Source of the DNA: Neocallimastix sp. 'constans'
Lineage: Eukaryota
Length of the DNA: 43,352 nucleotides
Assembly: GCA_050613775.1 (NCBI GenBank)
Contig: JBODTK010000134.1
Coordinates: forward strand, 434,001-477,352
Direction of reading: 5' to 3'
Position numbers and translations under genes: made by a program. This document shows, in pieces, positions 39,009 to 43,352 of this stretch. Within the stretch, counting starts at the first letter, position 1; every line of letters starts with the position of its first letter. Below the pieces are notes generated by a model, which ran no database searches, was not told the origin of the DNA, and saw only the letters and a list, made by a program, of their open reading frames with translations.

Positions 39009-41056
39009 GACAGGGAAGAGAATAATACGCATCCATAATTTTATTAATTTCAATATAAAAAACATATATATATATATATATATATATAGGTAAAAAGTAC
39101 ATTTGAAAATAAAAATAAAAATAAAAGTTAAAAAAAAAAAAAAAAAATAAAAATAAAAAAGTTTCAAAAATACTATGTATTTCGGCAAGTCGTACTAACA
39201 AATAAAAAAAAAATAATAAAACCTAGAAGTAACATCTTTAAAATCAAATAGTGTGGTGTCCACTAAACTCTCTCCCGGGGATTCATTATTTATTGAATTA
39301 CTTAAGGCGAGATTCACTCTTCGTGGAAATAGATGATGATCCTGTATTTATTATTATGCTCCTTATCAGTACGTACGACGTCGACGCTCTTGGTATTTTA
39401 AGTTTGATATTTTTTGGAATACCTATCAAAAAATAGCTCAAACAAACTACTTACGATAGGTATTGCCCTAGTTAAGAATTCCGCCAAGCCAAGCCCATAA
39501 TTTTTTTGGAACAGGTGACTCAGATAAACCTGTGAAAGAAAAGTAGTTCATTTAATTGATCTCTTTTCCTCTCTATCGAAATGTAGTTCATTTAATGCTA
39601 AAGTTCCACCAAGAAGGAATAGGTATATATTAATGATTGATGTATAATCTTCAAAATCAGAAATAGAGTCATCGGAAAAAGGAGGATTAAACGCTCTAAT
39701 CTTCCTAATGAATAAAACATAGAGATCTCTTATTAAAGTTAGAAAATCCTTTCTTTCATTTACACGTTTCTTTTCAAATAAACTTATTCCTATTGTATAC
39801 AAGAAAAAAGTTCTTCAATCCTTTGTTATTAGTAAAGTTATTTATTATTCTCCTCTACTTGGTTCAAACAAATCTAGAACGGCTAGAATTCAAGCATTAA
39901 TTAATACTGGTCTATTTTGGTGTATCAATTTCTTCTCTAAAAATGGTAAATCAAATTCAGAAAACAACGACTATATTAGACATAATTCTACTATGAGTAC
40001 TTATGCTTTATCTCGAGATCTAAGCATCCCTCCTATTGTTGGTATCTGGGCAGCCTTACAAATTAAATCTTTTTTCAAAATGGAATAAATCTAACTGTAT
40101 TATAAAGGATCTTATTATATCTATTCCCAAAATGCCTTATTATTCCTACACTAAAGAATCTAGAACTTTGTACAAAAAAATCAAAAAATATAAATGTGTA
40201 AAATATGACGATATTTTAGAACGTTACGGGAAAGCAGTTTCCAAATTTCAAGGTATTAAAGGTCAAAACTACGATAGTAACAAGTTCTCCAATAATAAAG
40301 CTATTTTTACGCTTAACTTAAAATATCCCCAATTCAACTTAGGGTTTCCGTAGATTATACGTTTACGCTGTTGTTATAAATACAATACAACTATTGCTAT
40401 TAGAATGGGTAGAGTTTCGGAAGGTTGTCCCAAGACTTGCCCCTGTTGTGGCGAAGGAAATCAATCTTTTGAGCATTAGATTTTTAAAATATAATGCTCT
40501 TGCATCTTTTAGATGGAATTCTTTATATTTCATTGATGATCATCTGAAAAAGGAATACCAAGATAAATATTACTAGAAACATCAAGAATAACATTCATTC
40601 CTAAATATAAGGTCGGGTCACTATAGTTTGGAGGAGATTGAAAGTTCATTGGTTTTATAACCATAGTTGCACATTTTTCAAAAACAAAAGTCATTTCATT
40701 TAAATTAGCCCATTTATGTACCTTTTTTTAATAATTTTTCTAAATTTTTTACACTCGGAGCAATGAGAACAACATCATCAGCAAAGAGTCCACCACCACA
40801 TTTTTTTTTTTTTTTCCAATACTAACACCATGCTTTTCACTGTCATTTAGTATATCATTGATGAATAAATTAAATAAGATTGGAGATAATGGACAACCTT
40901 GACGAACACCTCTTTTAATAGGAAATTCATTTGATAACATTGAAGCAAATCGAGAACGTGCTTTAGATGAAGTATATAAATTGCAAAGAAAATCAAAACA
41001 TTTACCACAGACTCCATAATGATATAATTTAGTAGGAGAGTTAAATATAGGAAACG
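38966..41056 (-). mobile_element. 5'-truncated LINE with poly(A) tail and an internal inversion (39724-40541)
   Basis: RGVRQGCPLSPILFNLFIND, GLFADD and YLGIPFSDD on minus. Thumb region and CPCC..SFEH zinc finger on plus. IYLFLLGG and LAEFLTRAIPIV on minus. T-run 38966-39007. Confidence 0.93.
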
Positions 41057-41446
41057 TTAAGATTACGTTTTGAAAATTTTTGAGAATTGTAATTTTAATT
41101 AATTAATTAATTAATTATTATTAATTAAAATTTTAATAAAATTAAGTGGCTTAAAATTAAAAATATTTAAGCCATACAACAAAATACAAATTTTCGAAAT
41201 AAAAATTTTCGAAATGCATACTTCCCATCACTACATATCTACGTATATTACGTATACAATATATATTAATCATATACATACAATATTTATGATATATATA
41301 CCTAATTGATTATAGTTTTTAAATAAAATAAATTAATAATAAAAAATAATAATTAATAAAATTAGAATTAAAAATTTAATCAATCAAAAAAAAAAAAAAA
41401 ATTAAAATTAAAATTTAAATTAAAAATTTAATCATACTTCAAATAT

Positions 41447-43352
41447 TTTTTAATCTATAATTTTTTATTTTTATTAATTAAACATGTCCATTTATTAATA
41501 ATACATGATTTATAAATTTTATATTCTAAGCTAATATATTATGGATACAATATTATGAACATAGGTAAGTTATGAATTTACTACATCTTCAAAGGCTTTA
41601 ACTATTATAATAATGTAATTATATAATATTTAATATTAATAAATCTTTATATTCTCAATACACTTCCTACAGTTTTACTTTATTAAAATTTTTTAATCTA
41701 AATTATAATATTTATATTTAATAATTATTTAAATATTTTATATCCTTCTTTAAAATTTATGCATTATAGATTCTCTAAAGTAACTTAAAGAGTTTATATT
41801 TAAATATTTTTGTTAAAGCATCAGCAAAATTCTCATTTGTTTTTATATACTGTGGTTTTAATTTTTTTTTTTTGTTTAATTTGTTCTCTTGTGTGAGGGT
41901 ATCTTACGTCGATATGTCTTCGATTTGGAATTGATTATTTCATTCTCACTAATGTGGATCACCGCTTTACAATCTACATTTATTTATTGTAATACATTTT
42001 GTCATCAAATTCAAGTTCATTGAATATATTTTTATACCATTAACATCATCTTGAATATTTCGTCGATACCTATAAATATTCAACTCTTCGCAGTTGATAC
42101 TGCAACGCAACATTGCAGTTTAGGATATCATGAGGTAGAACTAGAACCATTTCCCATCATAAATAAGTAACCAGTGGTAGATTTCCTGGTTTCTTTGGTC
42201 CTCCTAATAATAATAGGCATCTACCTATAGCATTTAACCAAATGTGCCTTTGGTGAAAATTTTCTTTATTTTTTTTTTTTTGAGATATCGGAACATTTTT
42301 GAGAACATTTAACTAGTCTTAAGAAAGTTGGATCAGTTGACTTTCGTGAAGCTTTATTGACAGCATATATATAAAAAATAACTTGAGGAGGTACAAACAC
42401 CTAGATACAATAAATGCCCTAGAGCTTTGCTCATCATTTAGTTACATTAAATTTCTTCTCTCTCAACTTAAAAATTCTCCTCCGACATTCTATCTGAAAC
42501 AACTTTATAGTTATCAATATCAATTTTAAGTTAAAATATTTTTCTAAATACCTGTTGGTGTTGTAATATCTATTAAGTTCTTTAATAAATCTTATACCTA
42601 ATAATAGTGTCTATGGGACCAACATTACATCTGTTATACTAAAGATTTGTTTTAATTAAAAATTTGTTTTATTCATTTCTTATACCCTTCCTACAATTAA
42701 TATGTCATCCTTTAGCTATGATATTTTTCTTTCGTCATTTTTAGTGTTCATGCTTTTGCTTTTGATAAGGTTTATTATTTGTAAAGCATTTAATGACTGA
42801 AAACTTATTTTAACTTTTATATCATCTAATATACTATTATGAAGATAATATTTGGTTTTAATAATAAATAATAAATAAATAATAATAATAATAATAAATA
42901 ATAATAAATAGCAAATAATAATTTAATATCAGTATTTACCATATCTTCAGTAACACCTGTATCGTAATATAAATTTTCTTTTCTCTTAACTTTTCTGTGT
43001 TTAGAAATATCTTCCCTTTTTTTATTTTGTTTTTATCTATATATATTATTTTTTTCATCATAGATGTAGTCATCAACTCCATTCATAGATAAAAGTAAAT
43101 CAATCTCTTGTAACTTCGGTTACAAAAAATTGATTTGGTTAATAAATCCCTAATTGCAACTCTCTCTGTGCCGTCGACCATTTTGTTACATATACAAATT
43201 AATTCTTTACATTCAATGTTTTATAGTTAATACTTTATTAAATCTTGAGCTACTGAGACTTTTATATCTTTTAATATTTTTAATCTTTGATTTTTTTTTA
43301 TTTATTTATTTCATTTTTATTAATTAAAGATTCCCATTTATTAATAATACAT
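41447..43352 (-). mobile_element. Internally deleted copia element E (same family as D): gag 5' end joined to RT/RNase H remnant
   Basis: gag from ATG 43181 is homologous to 33594-33990 and joins DDILIVG at ~42710. RKSTTGYLFMMG, CVAVSTA and ENFADALT follow. 3' LTR ~41662-41447 matches 43269-43352 and 33265-33506. Degenerate PBS at 43268-43253. Confidence 0.88.

Larger units (their letters stand above)
31276..41335 (-). mobile_element. Old, heavily decayed copia element C hosting nested insertions. 3' LTR ~31606-31276; 5' LTR from 38852, interrupted by a LINE
   Basis: 31276-31389 matches 38852-38965, and 31470-31560 resembles 41239-41330. PBS GGTTAAGAGTCTC at 38851-38839. Purine tract AAGGAGAGAG at 31616-31607. 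ADL-T remnant at ~31700 and LFWVD integrase-like remnant at ~33210/36140. Outer boundary uncertain. Confidence 0.6.

Noticed and set aside
39548..39802. 84-aa minus ORF as a separate gene
   Set aside because: It is a chimeric frame crossing the LINE inversion breakpoint at 39724-39727.

Overview
Extremely AT-rich eukaryotic DNA with long homopolymer and microsatellite runs. An anaerobic gut fungus (Neocallimastigomycota) is the most plausible source; this is inferred from composition, intron style and a bacterial-type flavodoxin, not proven. Two host genes are supportable: an intronless bacterial-type flavodoxin (2830-3357, -) and a two-exon PKA catalytic subunit with a DLG motif (18656-16619, -). 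A ~12.5 kb low-complexity desert lies upstream of the kinase. The rest is retroelements: five Ty1/copia-type copies from about three families and two decayed LINEs. Main observations: (1) all four visible copia primer-binding sites read G(A/G)TTAAGAGT(CTC), two cleanly and two degenerately. This is complementary to the anticodon arm of tRNA-Lys(CUU), suggesting half-tRNA-Lys priming. The LTRs end in ...TAAAA instead of CA. (2) A young non-autonomous element carries an intact 415-aa chimeric ORF: Gag N-terminus, three 47-aa E/T/S-rich repeats, then a catalytically degraded RNase H. (3) That element is fused head-to-head to a partial pol-bearing relative. The 3.9 kb unit has U5 at both ends and is flanked by ATATA/ATATA. 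(4) One LINE has an 818-bp internal inversion with both breakpoints in GATC. All alignments were done by eye; no database searches were run.
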